Shown one piece after another: positions 45,660 through 57,037 of a stretch of DNA of 64,000 nucleotides (positions are counted from its first letter, which is position 1; every line of letters begins with the position of its first letter). The position numbers and the translations under genes are program-made. Where the stretch lies: the NCBI GenBank assembly GCA_002433235.1, contig DJHS01000047.1, positions 1,369 through 65,368 of the forward strand, written 5' to 3'. Under the pieces are notes generated by a model. The model ran no database searches. It was not told the DNA's origin and saw only the letters and a program-made list of their open reading frames with translations. This stretch comes from Verrucomicrobia bacterium UBA6614 (GTDB lineage Bacteria > Verrucomicrobiota > Verrucomicrobiia > Limisphaerales > UBA1100).

Positions 45660-46898
45660 CTACCACGCCATCGCGCCGATCCGCTTCGCCACTTCCTCCG
45701 CATTCGCGCGGCTGTTGAACGCGCTTATCCGGAAGTAGCCTTCGCCGGCGGTGCCAAAGCCCGCGCCGGGGGTGATGACCACGGCAGCTTCGTTGAGCAC
45801 CTTATCAAAAATATCCCAACTCGGGGCGCCATTGGGTGTCTTGACCCAAATGTAAGGCGCGTTCGTGCCGCCAAAAACTTCGAGCCCCGCGGCCTTGGCC
45901 GCTTCGCACAGGATTTTGGCGTTGCCCATGTAATGGTCGATGAGCGCGCGCACTTGTGCCTGGCCGGCCTCAGTGTAGACGGCAGCGGCGGCGCGTTGGA
46001 TGGGGTAACTGGTGCCGTTGAATTTCGTCGCCACGCGGCGTCCCCAAAGGGCGTGGAGAGGGTGGTCGTTGCCGGCGGCGTCTTTGGCGGTTAAGCCCTT
46101 CGGCACGACGGTGAAAGCACAGCGGGTGCCGGTGAAGCCGGCGTTCTTGGAGAAGCTGCGGAACTCGATGGCGCAATCACGCGCGCCTTCGATTTCAAAT
46201 ATGGAATGCGGCATATCAGCATCCTGAATGAACGCCTCGTACGCGGCATCGTACAGAATGATACTGCCGTTGGCCTTGGCGTAGTCCACCCACGCGGCGA
46301 GCTGCGCCTTGGTAGCGGTGGCGCCGGTGGGGTTGTTCGGGTAGCAAAGGTAAATGAGATCAGCCGGTTCGTCGGGGATGGCGGGCACGAAAGCGTTTGC
46401 GTCGGTGCACGGCAGATAAATGATACCCTCGAAAAGCCCGGCGTCATCGGCGGGGCCGGTGTGCCCGGCCATCACGTTGGTGTCGAGGTACACGGGGTAC
46501 ACGGGGTCGGTGATGGCGATGCGGTTTTGGCTGCCGAGAATGTCGAGGATGTTCGCAGAATCGCACTTGGCGCCATCGGACACAATAATCTCATCGGCAC
46601 TAATGTCCATTCCGCGCGCGGCATAATCATGCTTTGCAATTGCTTCGCGAAGAAAATCGTATCCCAACTCGGGAGCGTATCCGCGGAAGGTCTCACGGTT
46701 CCCCATCTCATCGACGGCTGAGTGCAGTGCTTCGATGACCGCTTCCGGCAACGCTTCCGTCACATCGCCGATGCCGCACCGGATGAGACCGGCGGCCTTG
46801 TCGGGGTTGGCCTGTGTGAATTCGTTTACGCGACGGCCAATCTCGGGAAAGAGATAGCCGGCCTTGAGCTTCAAAAAATGTTCGTTGATGTACGCCAT
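45660..46898 (-). CDS. dapL: LL-diaminopimelate aminotransferase
   Basis: [24 protein letters not shown]...[13 protein letters not shown] (PLP Lys) DapL signature; ORF track start 47198 adds an implausible 100-aa Pro/Ser/Arg-rich extension. Confidence 0.85.
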   Translation of the reverse strand: MAYINEHFLKLKAGYLFPEIGRRVNEFTQANPDKAAGLIRCGIGDVTEALPEAVIEALHSAVDEMGNRETFRGYAPELGYDFLREAIAKHDYAARGMDISADEIIVSDGAKCDSANILDILGSQNRIAITDPVYPVYLDTNVMAGHTGPADDAGLFEGIIYLPCTDANAFVPAIPDEPADLIYLCYPNNPTGATATKAQLAAWVDYAKANGSIILYDAAYEAFIQDADMPHSIFEIEGARDCAIEFRSFSKNAGFTGTRCAFTVVPKGLTAKDAAGNDHPLHALWGRRVATKFNGTSYPIQRAAAAVYTEAGQAQVRALIDHYMGNAKILCEAAKAAGLEVFGGTNAPYIWVKTPNGAPSWDIFDKVLNEAAVVITPGAGFGTAGEGYFRISAFNSRANAEEVAKRIGAMAW

Positions 46899-46947
46899 GG
46901 GGGGAGGGCGGACGGTAGCGGAAGGGCTCGGTCGAATCAAGCGGTTC

Positions 46948-49900
46948 TCACTTTTGCATGAGGAACGCAAAAAGGTCGCGCACCTGCTGCGGAGTGAGGG
47001 CGTCGAGCAGGCCCTCGGGCATAAGGGAGACGGGCATGGCCTGAAGATCCTTGATTTCATTGCGCGGCAGGGTAATGGAGTTTTGGGCGAGGTCGCGCAG
47101 GACAATGAACTGCGGCGCGTTTTGGGCGATAAAGCCCGTGAGGCGCTGGTTGTCCTTGGTGACGACGTTGAAGCCGGCAAACTCCTCGCGGATGCCAAGG
47201 CTGGGATCGACCACGGCGGGGATGAGAAAGCCCGGATTGTTCAGCTGATATGCGTCGAGGTTCGGCCCGATGTTGCCTCCTTTCCCCTTATAGCGATGGC
47301 ACGCCGCGCACGCGATGGCGTACACTTGCGCGCCCGCCTTGGCGTCGCCCTTGTTCTCGGTAATCAACGCGCCAACCGCGGCGATGCGCTTCTGTTTGTC
47401 TTCACTGCTCTGGCGCAGTTGTCCCCAGTGCTTCTTCACGAGCGCATCAATGGCCTTGCGCTTGTGGCCTTGCATCGCGAGCACCGTGGCAGGCTTCACG
47501 TCCTCGCGCTTGATGGTGCCCGCATCGACTCCGCGCGCGAACGCCAGCGACCAATCGGCGCGGCTGCTCAAAATATTCTGCGCACTATCGCGCTCGCGCT
47601 GGGGCATCTCGGCATAACGCGCCAACAGCGACGTGCCCACCGCGGCATCCTCAAAGCGCTGCATTGCCGTCATCAATTCAATGCGACGGCTACTGTTGTT
47701 GCTGGCCCTAAATTCCGCGAGCAACAGCTTGAGCGCATCGGCGCTGCGGCGTTCGGAAAGCAGCTTGGTCAACGCGCGCCGGTCGTTGGCGGGGGTTTTC
47801 GGGTTTTTGACGAGCTCCATCGCTTCCGCCATCGCCTCAGGCAGGCCGAGGCGGGTGGCCAGTGAAATGAGCTGCGGCGTGTGGGTGCGGGTTTTCCAAA
47901 GTTTACGCGTCTCGGTGACCAGCGCGGCGGGCGGATTCTGCACCGCGTTTCCCTGCAGGCCGGCCTCGAGGCCTTTGATGAGCTGGTCGCGATCGGCATC
48001 GCTCGGAGCCTGGGCGAGAATGCGGGCGGCGGTGGCGAGGTTGGCGGGCGTTCGCTCAGCGGTGTAACGCTGGGCGATGCGCGCGATGAGGTGCTGGCGC
48101 ATCATCTGCGTTGTCCAGATCGATTGGTCGGCGAGCAGCTTGGTGATGGCGTCCCGGTCGCCGGTGGCCTTTTTCTCGATCGCCCACCAAAGGAGGAGCG
48201 GGATGTGTTTGTCGTTGGCGTCTTCGGTGCGGCGAATGAGAGCGGCGAGGATGGGAAAGGCATCCTTCGCTGCCCAGCGTTTGCAGGACGCGGCGAGGCA
48301 GCTGCGGACTTCGGGATGCTTTTCGGTTTTGGCCAACTCGGTAAGTTGATTGCGCAGGGCGGGGGTCATGAGATGGCTGTCGCCGAGCAGGCGTATGGTC
48401 CAGAAGCGAATGAACGGGTGTTTGTGCCGCAGCGTTTGCTCGGCGAGTTGCGTGGTGAAACCGCCGCTGTGGTTGATGGCCCAGAAACTTTCGAGCGCGA
48501 TTTGGCCGTCGTTTACCAAGGCAATTCTCGTGAGTCCGGGTACGAGCGATTTGTCGCGGCGATCGGCGAGGATGCGTTGCGCGGTTTGGCGGTGCCACTT
48601 GTTGGGGTGAACGAGGGTGTTGATGAGCTCGGTGGTGGACAGCTTGCCGAGGTCGAAGGGCTTGATGGTCTTCGCGCCCTTGGCATGCATGCGGTAAATA
48701 CGTCCGCTGCTCTTGTGCCAAGTGTCGCGGGGATCGAGGTGGCTCAGACGGCTGTCATACCAATCGGCAAAATACACCGCGCCATCAGGACCGGCCTTGG
48801 TGTCGACAATGCGGAACCAGCGGTCATCGGTGGTCACCATTGGCGCGGTGTCGACGGTGCGGAAGCTCGAGGTGTCTTTGTAAATGCGGCTGGCCTGCAC
48901 GCGATTGACCAGCGCCATGCCGGCGATGATGTGTCCCTCGTAACTGGGCAACTTGCCGCCCTCGTAGATGATGGTCGATTGCGGGAAGCGCGGCTTGTAA
49001 CCCTCGTGCGCCATGTGTTGGTAAAAGCCGAACGCATGCGGATTGATCAATGGCCCGTGCTTGGCCCAGCCTTTGATGTAGCAGCCGCCTTGCACGTAAT
49101 GGACGCCGCGCGTGTTGCCGTAGTTGGTGCCGCTGAAGGTGCGGCCTTGGCTGTCGAAGTCCAAACAGAATGTGTTTCCGCCGCCCTCGGCGAAGACTTC
49201 AAACTTTTTTGTGCGCGGATGATAACGCCAAATGGCCTGTCCGAGAAACTTGATACCCTGAATTTCTGCGGTGCACGTGCTGCCATGCGCGCCGTAAATC
49301 CAGCCGTCTGGCCCCCAGCGGAGGCTATTGGCGCCGGAGTGCGTGTCCTCGAGGCCGAAGCCGGTGAGGTGCACCTCGGGATCGCCATCAGGGATGTCGT
49401 CGCGATCTTTGTCCGGATAAAAAAGCAGATACGGCGGCATCAGCACCCACGCACCGCCGCGTCCGGTGATGACGCTGCGGGCCATGTTCAGTCCATCGAG
49501 GAAGGTCTTGTGTTTATCGAAGACGCCGTCACCGTCCGTGTCTTCGTGGATGGTAATCTTGTCCTTGCCGCGAAAATGATTCGGCGGCGGCGGTGGCACT
49601 TTATCGAATACCGCGCGCAGGTACTTGTCGTACTCCATGACCTTCAGCCCGGCCGGGAAGGGATACTGCAGATACTGCGTCACCCACATGCGCCCGCGTT
49701 CGTCGAAGTAAATGTTCAGCGGCTGCGCCACCTGCGGCTCATGCGCCACCACCTGCATCACCAGCCCCTCAGCCATCTTGAGCTTCTTGATGCCCTCAGC
49801 GGGCGTGGACGGCTCAGAGCCATCATTCAACGCTCCGCGCCCCTTGAAATTATCCACGAATCCCTTAAGGCTGTCGGAGAATTTCTCAGGCGGTTTCTTG

Positions 49901-49959
49901 TCGTCGGCAAAAAGGGAAGGGGAGAAAACGAGCAACAAGAAAAGCGCAGCACGGTTCAT
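46948..49959 (-). CDS. PVC-type 'membrane-bound dehydrogenase domain' protein: SGL/glucose-dehydrogenase-like beta-propeller + HEAT repeats + C-terminal cytochrome c (CxxCH)
   Basis: signal peptide; 1003 aa; C-terminal [22 protein letters not shown] heme motif; architecture typical of Planctomycetes/Verrucomicrobia. Confidence 0.8.
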   Translation of the reverse strand: MNRAALFLLLVFSPSLFADDKKPPEKFSDSLKGFVDNFKGRGALNDGSEPSTPAEGIKKLKMAEGLVMQVVAHEPQVAQPLNIYFDERGRMWVTQYLQYPFPAGLKVMEYDKYLRAVFDKVPPPPPNHFRGKDKITIHEDTDGDGVFDKHKTFLDGLNMARSVITGRGGAWVLMPPYLLFYPDKDRDDIPDGDPEVHLTGFGLEDTHSGANSLRWGPDGWIYGAHGSTCTAEIQGIKFLGQAIWRYHPRTKKFEVFAEGGGNTFCLDFDSQGRTFSGTNYGNTRGVHYVQGGCYIKGWAKHGPLINPHAFGFYQHMAHEGYKPRFPQSTIIYEGGKLPSYEGHIIAGMALVNRVQASRIYKDTSSFRTVDTAPMVTTDDRWFRIVDTKAGPDGAVYFADWYDSRLSHLDPRDTWHKSSGRIYRMHAKGAKTIKPFDLGKLSTTELINTLVHPNKWHRQTAQRILADRRDKSLVPGLTRIALVNDGQIALESFWAINHSGGFTTQLAEQTLRHKHPFIRFWTIRLLGDSHLMTPALRNQLTELAKTEKHPEVRSCLAASCKRWAAKDAFPILAALIRRTEDANDKHIPLLLWWAIEKKATGDRDAITKLLADQSIWTTQMMRQHLIARIAQRYTAERTPANLATAARILAQAPSDADRDQLIKGLEAGLQGNAVQNPPAALVTETRKLWKTRTHTPQLISLATRLGLPEAMAEAMELVKNPKTPANDRRALTKLLSERRSADALKLLLAEFRASNNSSRRIELMTAMQRFEDAAVGTSLLARYAEMPQRERDSAQNILSSRADWSLAFARGVDAGTIKREDVKPATVLAMQGHKRKAIDALVKKHWGQLRQSSEDKQKRIAAVGALITENKGDAKAGAQVYAIACAACHRYKGKGGNIGPNLDAYQLNNPGFLIPAVVDPSLGIREEFAGFNVVTKDNQRLTGFIAQNAPQFIVLRDLAQNSITLPRNEIKDLQAMPVSLMPEGLLDALTPQQVRDLFAFLMQK

Positions 49960-50066
49960 CCGCCGATTGTGGGCAACGGAATAATTTCAGCAAGAACCAA
50001 TCTCCGTGTTCCTTGTGTCTCTGTAGTAGACGATTCTTTAATCACACAGGCACAGAGGGCAGAGTT

Positions 50067-51359
50067 TTAAATAAACAACCCTGCGATGCAGGCATTAATG
50101 TAGCTGACGAGCACGCCGCCGGCCATGGCACGGAGGCCGAATTGGGCGAGATCTTTGCGGCGTTCGGATGCGAGTGAGCCGATGCCTCCGATTTGGATGG
50201 CGATGCTGGCGAAATTGGCAAATCCGCAAATGGCATAAGTGGTGATATAAAAACTGCGCTCATGTGCCAGCGTGGTGATTTCGGGATTGGTCAGTGCCTT
50301 AAAGCCCATGAATTCATTGAGCACGATTCGCTCGCCGAGCACCTGCCCGACGGCGGTGCAGTCTTCCCAAGGAACTCCCATCAGAAAAGCAAAAGGTGCG
50401 TTGAGCCAGCCGAGGATGTTTTGAAAGGTGTATGTGCTTTCCGTAGCCACACCGATCCATTGCTGGGGCTGGGCGATGAGGATGTTTAAGAGCGCTACTA
50501 CGGCGGTGAAGGCGATCAGCATAGCCAGTACGTTGATGGTGAGCTTCATTCCGTCGCCGGCACCTTGGCAAAGGGCATCGAGTATGTTGGAGGTCTCAGG
50601 CTTTACCTCAGCGGTGGCCCCATGAGCGGTGGGGCTTGTTTCAGACTCGGGCAGGAGAATTTTGCCCATCAGCAATGCCACTGGCGCAGCCATCACTGAG
50701 GCGGTGAGTAGGTGGCCGGCCATGTCGAGGTAGCCGGCGGTTTTGCCGAAGCTTGCATATACGGCAAATACGCCTCCGGCGATGGTGGACATGCCAGCCA
50801 CCATCATGGTCATGATTTCGCTGCGTGTCATACCCTTGAGGTAGGGCTTGATGACCAAGGGCGCCTCGGTTTGGCCCATGAATACGTTGGCGGCGCTGCA
50901 GAGGCTTTCGCTGCCACTGGTGCCGAGGAGGCGGCGCATTACCCACGCCATGCCGCGCACGATGTGTTGCAGGATGCCGAGGTGGTAAAGCAGGCTTGAG
51001 ACGGTGGCCACGAGGATGATGGTACCAGCGATGATGATGGCGACCAACGCGCCGGTGTCGTCACGGCTGTCGCCAATTTTACCGAATGCTTCGCCCATCT
51101 CTCCGTGGTTGGCCAAAGGGCCGAAAACCAGTGAGGTGCCGGCTTCGGCGGCATCCAGTAGTTTTTGGACAGCGGTCTTGGCGAAAGAAAAAATTTTTTC
51201 GCCCACGGGTGTTTTGAGCATAAATAGCGCCAGCGCCAACTGCAGGCCAATTCCCGAGAGCACGATGCGCCATGGGAATCGATCTCTTCGCAGCGAGATG
51301 CCCCATGCCATGGCAAGGAATGCCACCAGCCCGAGCAGGCTCATTAATCGTAAGTCCAC
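50067..51359 (-). CDS. NupC/CNT family concentrative nucleoside transporter
   Basis: 430 aa, ~10 TM; C-terminal nucleoside-transporter domain pattern (GFKALTNPE...IAIQIGGIG). Confidence 0.75.
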   Translation of the reverse strand: MDLRLMSLLGLVAFLAMAWGISLRRDRFPWRIVLSGIGLQLALALFMLKTPVGEKIFSFAKTAVQKLLDAAEAGTSLVFGPLANHGEMGEAFGKIGDSRDDTGALVAIIIAGTIILVATVSSLLYHLGILQHIVRGMAWVMRRLLGTSGSESLCSAANVFMGQTEAPLVIKPYLKGMTRSEIMTMMVAGMSTIAGGVFAVYASFGKTAGYLDMAGHLLTASVMAAPVALLMGKILLPESETSPTAHGATAEVKPETSNILDALCQGAGDGMKLTINVLAMLIAFTAVVALLNILIAQPQQWIGVATESTYTFQNILGWLNAPFAFLMGVPWEDCTAVGQVLGERIVLNEFMGFKALTNPEITTLAHERSFYITTYAICGFANFASIAIQIGGIGSLASERRKDLAQFGLRAMAGGVLVSYINACIAGLFI

Positions 51360-51402
51360 TGCGGTCTTAATAGTTTATCTGGGCGGCATGGACAAGGGCG
51401 GG

Positions 51403-52353
51403 CTATTCACCGGCGGTTGACTTTGGCTCTTCGGGTTTTGGATCAGCGAAGAATTCCAGAAGCGGCACGATACCGACTCCTGCGAGCATGATCAGCGCGA
51501 GATGGCCGGTGTGCGGGCTAAAGTCAGGGGGATACCATTGATATCCAATCAGGATGGGCTTTCCTTCGCGCAGGATTATTTCACCGTTTTCGCCCATGAG
51601 ATGTTTTTTGAGTTTCCAAGGCCATATGATGAGCAAGGAGCCAGCAACGAACCCCGTGAGCACCGAAAGGGTGGCATGACGCCATTTCTCGAGAATATAA
51701 GACAGTGCGCGTGAGAAGGCCATGAGGCCGAAAGCACAGCCGAGGGCAAAGGGGGCAAGTACAGAAATGTTGAATGAACCGATGGCGTTCATGATGAGAA
51801 GGAAGTTGCCCATGAGGAGGAGAATGAATGAGCCAGAGATGCCGGGGAGAATCATGGCGCTCATGGCAACGGTTCCACACAGGAAGACATACCAGGACGC
51901 GGGGTTAGGGCCGGCGTGTCGAAGGAAAACAATGCTGATGGCGAGGCCGACTCCGACGGCAAAGAGAACGGCATGTTGAGCGTACCATCTTGGCACCCGG
52001 CGGCCAACGGAAAAGACAGAGGCGAGGATGAGCCCGAAGAAAAAGGCCAGGGTGAATTGTTCCTTTTCGTTCAGTACCTTTTCGAGAAGTTTGGCGAGGG
52101 TGAAGACGCTGGCGAGCAGGCCCACGCCGATGGCACAGACGAATGGGCCATTGACATGGTTGAAAGCTTTTCGGAATTCTCCTTTAAACAGCAATCGTGC
52201 TGACTGCCAGCCGAAGCTTTTTATGGTGGTGATGAGTTCCTCGTAAATGCCGGTGATGAGCGCAATGGTGCCTCCGGAAACGCCAGGGATGACGTTGGCG
52301 GCCCCCATGGCTGCGCCCTTGATGATCAGGCTGATGAAACGCAACAGGGGCAT
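51403..52353 (-). CDS. DUF368 family membrane protein (PopT-like candidate undecaprenyl-phosphate translocase)
   Basis: duplicated IPGVSGGTIALITG / LPGISGSFILLLMG motifs diagnostic of DUF368. Confidence 0.8.
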   Translation of the reverse strand: MPLLRFISLIIKGAAMGAANVIPGVSGGTIALITGIYEELITTIKSFGWQSARLLFKGEFRKAFNHVNGPFVCAIGVGLLASVFTLAKLLEKVLNEKEQFTLAFFFGLILASVFSVGRRVPRWYAQHAVLFAVGVGLAISIVFLRHAGPNPASWYVFLCGTVAMSAMILPGISGSFILLLMGNFLLIMNAIGSFNISVLAPFALGCAFGLMAFSRALSYILEKWRHATLSVLTGFVAGSLLIIWPWKLKKHLMGENGEIILREGKPILIGYQWYPPDFSPHTGHLALIMLAGVGIVPLLEFFADPKPEEPKSTAGE

Positions 52354-52356
52354 GGA

Positions 52357-53505
52357 TCAGGCGGCTTGGTCTCCGCGGTACAGGCGAGGGACACGGTGGG
52401 TTATGGCGGTGAGGGTTTCCCAAGGGACAGTTGACGCCCACTGAGAAAGCTGGTTTGCGCTGATTTCCATTTTGCCCTGATGGCCAATCAGCGTGGCTTC
52501 ATCGCCCGGGTTTGGAGTTTGTACGCGCGAGACGTCGGCCAGCATTTGGTCCATGGTGATGCAGCCGAGGATGGGGCATTGTTTGCCGCCGATTAGCACG
52601 CGAGCTTCGCGATGGGCGGAGCGGAGGTAGCCGTCGCCATAGCCCGCGGTGAGCGTGGCTACGCGCATGCGCCGTTGTGCGATGTAAGAACGACCATAGC
52701 TGAGGGTTGTGCCCTTGGGAATTTCCTTGATCAGGGAGATGCGGCACTTCCAAGCAAGCGCAGGGTGAAGATGGCGTTTTAGGGCGGCAGCCGGGCGGCG
52801 TCGCCCCGAGGGGAGAACGCCGTACACCAATAGCCCGGGCCGGACAAGGTTGTGCATAGACTGGGGCTCGTGAAGCAGTGCGGCGCTGTTGTTGGCATGG
52901 AAGTGGCTGAAGTGATGGCCCGCGGCGGTCAGTTGTTTTGCAAGTCTTTGAAACTGGGTGCGTTGTTTACGCGTGAAAGTGGCGTCGTTCTCACCGTCAG
53001 CGTAGTGGGTGTAGAGTCCGACAGCGTTAAGGTTGGGCAGTCGCTTGATTTCATCCAGCAGCGCGGGCATCTGTTCGGGGGGGGCGCCCAGTCGGCCCAT
53101 GCCGGTGTCTACCTTCACATGGGCGCTGACAGTGCGCTTGAGTTTGCGGGCCATGCGCGAGAAGCGGCGGGCTTCCTCAGACGTGGACAAGGTGGGCATT
53201 ACATTGTCCTTGATGGCGCGCTCGGTTTCGTCGGGAAGACATGCGCCAAGCATGAGGATGGGCCAGCCGCGGCCAACGGCCCGAATGTTCCGGGCTTCGT
53301 TAAGATTGGCCACGCCAAAAATATCGGTCCCGGCCTGCATGAGCAGTGCGGCGATCTGTCGCAGACCATGGCCATAGGCGTCGGCTTTAACCACGGTCAT
53401 CAGCGAGCACTCCGGGCCGATGCGGTGGCGTAGCCACGCGAGGTTGCTGCGCAGAGCGTCGAGGTCAATTTCAGCCCAGCATCGATGGGAGAAGCTCACG
53501 GGCAA
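52357..53505 (-). CDS. alr: alanine racemase
   Basis: VVKADAYGHG PLP-lysine motif. Confidence 0.85.
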   Translation of the reverse strand: MPVSFSHRCWAEIDLDALRSNLAWLRHRIGPECSLMTVVKADAYGHGLRQIAALLMQAGTDIFGVANLNEARNIRAVGRGWPILMLGACLPDETERAIKDNVMPTLSTSEEARRFSRMARKLKRTVSAHVKVDTGMGRLGAPPEQMPALLDEIKRLPNLNAVGLYTHYADGENDATFTRKQRTQFQRLAKQLTAAGHHFSHFHANNSAALLHEPQSMHNLVRPGLLVYGVLPSGRRRPAAALKRHLHPALAWKCRISLIKEIPKGTTLSYGRSYIAQRRMRVATLTAGYGDGYLRSAHREARVLIGGKQCPILGCITMDQMLADVSRVQTPNPGDEATLIGHQGKMEISANQLSQWASTVPWETLTAITHRVPRLYRGDQAA

Positions 53506-53545
53506 GATTTGCGAAGGCGCGTTGTGCTTGGCAAGTTTGGGTCAT

Positions 53546-54175
53546 TCACAGGGCGCGAGGTGGCGGCGCCTTTGTGAAATCAATGGACCTGATGTAGATC
53601 GGCTCGATGGGTTTGCATGGGGGAAACCGGGTTTGGCTGGCTGCCATTCTGGCGAGAGCCGCAGCGTCTGGATAGAGAGGGGTGCAGAAGGGAAAACCGG
53701 TGGCGTCGGGGCCATGGGCTTCCAATGTTGCGGCTTCTGATACGCCGATGATTTGCAGTGGGGCTGATTCTGTCTGTGAATCGTCGGTGAGTTTCCATGT
53801 GGTTTGGTAATACTCATGGCGCTGGGCATCGATGATGAAATGCACCTTCCCACGAATTCCGTTGGTGCGGGCGGTGGAGGCGAGGATTTCGGCACTGCTG
53901 GTGGTATAAAGGTTGATATCGTTTGCGAATTGCCATCCTTGTGCGGTGGCAATGGCGGATCGGATTCCTGTGTAGCTTCCAGGGCCAATTCCCAAGGCAA
54001 TTGTTTCAACATGGGTTTGGTCGATGTCAGCTTCGCCCAAGGCTTGATCGACAAGCATCAGGGGGGATTGGCTGACTTCATTGGTCTCCACCTTAGCCAG
54101 TAAATTGGCACCATCAGCCACGGCCACGCTACGTCGGCGACTACTGAATTCAAGAGCCAAAATCTTCATGCTCAA
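53546..54175 (-). CDS. tsaB: tRNA threonylcarbamoyladenosine biosynthesis protein TsaB (YeaZ)
   Basis: MKILALEFSS...IALGIGPGSYTGIRSAIATAQG. Confidence 0.8.
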   Translation of the reverse strand: MSMKILALEFSSRRRSVAVADGANLLAKVETNEVSQSPLMLVDQALGEADIDQTHVETIALGIGPGSYTGIRSAIATAQGWQFANDINLYTTSSAEILASTARTNGIRGKVHFIIDAQRHEYYQTTWKLTDDSQTESAPLQIIGVSEAATLEAHGPDATGFPFCTPLYPDAAALARMAASQTRFPPCKPIEPIYIRSIDFTKAPPPRAL

Positions 54176-54602
54176 TGCGGCGTTCGGTTTCGCCGGTCTG
54201 GGTTAGTCGAACGTGCCGATATTTTGGGGGACGGGGGCCTGTCCATCGGTCGATCCATTCTATGACGGAAATGCCCGTTGGATCGAAGTATGGCTCGAGC
54301 CCGGCGGCCAGAATCTGGGTGTCATTTTCGAGGCGGTAAAAATCGAGATGATTCAGTGGCAGCTTGCCCTGATGTTCACATACGAGAGTGAAAGTGGGCG
54401 ATGTGATTGGAGTGGCGATCCCCAAGCCGAGAGCGATGCCCTTGACCAGTTGTGTTTTGCCCGTGCCCAAATCGCCTTCCAGGCCAATGACCCAGCCGGG
54501 TTGGGCGAGTCGTGCCCACTCATTGCCAAGCGCTTGGGTTTCCTCGGGGTTATTTGAGATGGTCGTAACCTTTGACATTGAGAGAGTGTGCGCCGTTTTC
54601 AT
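54150..54602 (-). CDS. tsaE: tRNA threonylcarbamoyladenosine biosynthesis ATPase TsaE (YjeE)
   Basis: GLEGDLGTGKTQLVKGIA P-loop; internal start chosen (ORF track 54740); overlaps tsaB start. Confidence 0.75.
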   Translation of the reverse strand: MKTAHTLSMSKVTTISNNPEETQALGNEWARLAQPGWVIGLEGDLGTGKTQLVKGIALGLGIATPITSPTFTLVCEHQGKLPLNHLDFYRLENDTQILAAGLEPYFDPTGISVIEWIDRWTGPRPPKYRHVRLTQTGETERRIEHEDFGS

Positions 54603-55476
54603 CGCGCAGCGAAATGCCGGGTTTGCGAGTGATTTTGCCAATGCACTTGAGCGGAAGTTCTCGGAAAGATTGTTTCCATTCGTCGTGCAGCGAGACTGCC
54701 TGTTTCGCAGGGAGGGTGAAGAGGAGTTCGTAATCCTCACCGTCAGTCAAGGCGGCAAGGAGTGGGGTTTTGCCCGAAGGGTTGGCCCGCGAGTACTCCT
54801 TGGCGGCCTTGCTGATGGGGATGGCAGTGGTGAGTAGCTCCGCGCCAATTTGATCGTTGAGTAGATGGTGAAGGTCGGTGGCCAATCCATCGCTGAGATC
54901 GATCATGGCGTGGATGTCAAACCTGCCAGATAGCCAGTGGGATTCCTGCAGTCGAGGCATGAAGTCGAGGTGTTTACCAGCCAAGGAGCCGCCTAGTTCA
55001 CCAGTAACAAATATGGCGTCTCCCGTCTGGCTACCGGCTCGGGTGATAACGGTGGCGGGATCGCATCGGCCAATCAAGGACACCGAAATCAGGAGTTCAC
55101 TGGTGCGGGTGGTTTCGCCTCCAACGATGAAGGTGTCGTGTTGGGCAGCCATTTCCTGCGCGCCTTGATAAATTGCGGCAAGCCGGGCCTCGTCAAAAAT
55201 TTTGGGGAGTCCCAGGGTGATTAGTGCATGAGTGGGGTAGCCGGACATGGCCGCAATGTCTGAGAGCGGGCGGGCGATGGCTTTGCGGCCGATCAATTCT
55301 GGCCGGGTGTCAGCGGTGAAATGAATGCCTTCGACAATCGCATCTGTTTTGAAGAGGCAGAGGTCCTCGTTCTTTTGTGTGCTGATCACTGCGCAATCAT
55401 CGCCTGGTCCCACATGCACGGAATCGTCACTGGGCAGCCCTTGGGTTAGCGTTCGGATGAGTTTTGCCTCACTCAT
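54550..55476 (-). CDS. thiL: thiamine-monophosphate kinase
   Basis: MSEAKLIRTL...GDDCAVI...ITLGLP...SDGLATDL AIR-synthase-related fold motifs; start overlaps upstream stop. Confidence 0.85.
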   Translation of the reverse strand: MSEAKLIRTLTQGLPSDDSVHVGPGDDCAVISTQKNEDLCLFKTDAIVEGIHFTADTRPELIGRKAIARPLSDIAAMSGYPTHALITLGLPKIFDEARLAAIYQGAQEMAAQHDTFIVGGETTRTSELLISVSLIGRCDPATVITRAGSQTGDAIFVTGELGGSLAGKHLDFMPRLQESHWLSGRFDIHAMIDLSDGLATDLHHLLNDQIGAELLTTAIPISKAAKEYSRANPSGKTPLLAALTDGEDYELLFTLPAKQAVSLHDEWKQSFRELPLKCIGKITRKPGISLRDENGAHSLNVKGYDHLK

Positions 55477-56204
55477 GATGGAGGGATGATTTTTTCCAGC
55501 GGGATGATACCGCGGGCCAGCAAAACATTGCAGAGATTGAAGCCGGCGTGAGTAAGAACTGGGCACAGGAGGTTGCCGGTTTTTTCGTACTGCCATGTAA
55601 GGAGTAGGGCCAGGGCAAAAAGTGGCAGGGCGTTGAGTAGACTCAAATGGACGGCGGAAAAGAGAAAGGCTGGGGCACAATATGCCACCCAGCGCGGCAC
55701 GGAAATACGGAGCGAGGGAAAGAGGATGCCGCGGAAGAGAATTTCTTCCACGAGTGGGGCTTGAATGACAGGCATGAGGCTGAAAAGCAGAATCTGGAAG
55801 GGGGTATCCATGGATTTCAATGTTTGGATGCTCTTCTGCGCTTCGACGGCGATGCCCATGCTTTTAAAGAAAAGATTGCAGCCCATTTGCAGGATGAACA
55901 TGAGCGGGACAATGGCGAATCCGATAAAGAAGGCCGTCGGAAGGAGTTGGGCCAGTGGTCCTTTTTTAAGCCCCAGCACGGCGTCAAGACTCAGCTCATA
56001 TTTGGACATCAGGATGCCGACAGCGCAGGCGGCATAGGCAAGAAAAACCACGGAATTGAGCAGAAAGTTGCCCAAGGAAAAGACAGGGGGTGGCGCATTG
56101 GCGGGGATTTGCGATTGGGCAAACTGTGCAACCACAATGGACAGGACGAAGGGGCTGATGAGCAGCGCAGCTTCCCAGAGCTTCCATGGTTTTCGGTCAA
56201 GCAC
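55473..56204 (-). CDS. CPBP family intramembrane glutamic endopeptidase (CAAX protease-like)
   Basis: EEILFRG and FxxxH / HxxxN motifs in TM context. Confidence 0.75.
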   Translation of the reverse strand: MLDRKPWKLWEAALLISPFVLSIVVAQFAQSQIPANAPPPVFSLGNFLLNSVVFLAYAACAVGILMSKYELSLDAVLGLKKGPLAQLLPTAFFIGFAIVPLMFILQMGCNLFFKSMGIAVEAQKSIQTLKSMDTPFQILLFSLMPVIQAPLVEEILFRGILFPSLRISVPRWVAYCAPAFLFSAVHLSLLNALPLFALALLLTWQYEKTGNLLCPVLTHAGFNLCNVLLARGIIPLEKIIPPS

Positions 56205-56288
56205 GCGCCACGTTAGGATGGCTGGGGCATGTGGGGCGATGAAAAAGGTTGGGTTGCGGGCGGGGCGGCCCTAGACTCCGCGTCCTTC

Positions 56289-57035
56289 ATGACAGATACA
56301 ACGATAACTGCTGGCCGGGTGGATGGCCGCGCCGATGATGAACTGCGGCCAGTTCGGTTCCGGAATGGAATCGCATCGCATGCAACGGGATCAACCCTCA
56401 TCGAATGGGGCAATACCCATGTCATTTGTGCGGCGACCATCGAGGAATCCGTGCCTCGCTGGATGCAGGCGCAGGAAGTGGAAGGGGGCTGGGTGACGGC
56501 GGAGTATTCCATGTTGCCCTATTCCACTCATGATCGGAAGAAACGTGATGTCACCAAGGGCAAACTGGACGGGCGATCGACGGAGATCCAGAGACTGATT
56601 GGGCGGTCCATGCGGGCGGCGGTGGATTTAAAAAAACTGGGCTCGCGCACCCTGTGGATTGACTGCGACGTGTTGCAAGCTGATGGAGGAACGAGGACAG
56701 CATCCATTACGGGCGCTTATGTGGCGGCAAGCTTGGCGGTGTCCAAGCTCATCGAGAATAGCTTGCTGACGGAAAGCCCAATGGTCAATGCGGTGGCCGC
56801 GGTTAGCGTGGGCGTTGTGGGCGGTCGGCCCATGCTTGACCTGAACTATCCGGAAGATTCCGCCGCTGCAGTGGATATGAATCTGGTGATGACAGGGGCG
56901 GGGAATTTTGTGGAAATTCAAGGCACCGGGGAAGAGGCGACTTTTTCGGCGGATGAACTGACCGCGCTGCTGGCCCTGGGCCGCAAGGGGGTAGAGGATT
57001 TGAACGCCCTGCAAAAGTCGGCACTGGCCCGATAG
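56289..57035 (+). CDS. rph: ribonuclease PH
   Basis: ATG 56289 (MTDTTITAGRVDGRADDELRPV); TAEYSMLP...DCDVLQADGGTRTASITGA. Confidence 0.9.
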   Translation: MTDTTITAGRVDGRADDELRPVRFRNGIASHATGSTLIEWGNTHVICAATIEESVPRWMQAQEVEGGWVTAEYSMLPYSTHDRKKRDVTKGKLDGRSTEIQRLIGRSMRAAVDLKKLGSRTLWIDCDVLQADGGTRTASITGAYVAASLAVSKLIENSLLTESPMVNAVAAVSVGVVGGRPMLDLNYPEDSAAAVDMNLVMTGAGNFVEIQGTGEEATFSADELTALLALGRKGVEDLNALQKSALAR

Positions 57036-57037
57036 CG

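Noticed and set aside
46899-47198. 100-aa N-terminal extension of the dapL ORF
   Set aside because: Pro/Ser/Arg/Cys-rich, no counterpart in DapL. The conserved MAYINEHF N-terminus begins at the internal ATG.
47881-50070. 729-aa plus-strand ORF antisense to the heme-binding dehydrogenase gene, and similar long antisense ORFs at 14520..15290, 16443..17441 and 28432..29463
   Set aside because: Gly/Ala/Arg/Val-rich composition and lack of any motif are typical of shadow ORFs on the antisense strand of high-GC genes. The sense-strand genes have clear domain signatures.
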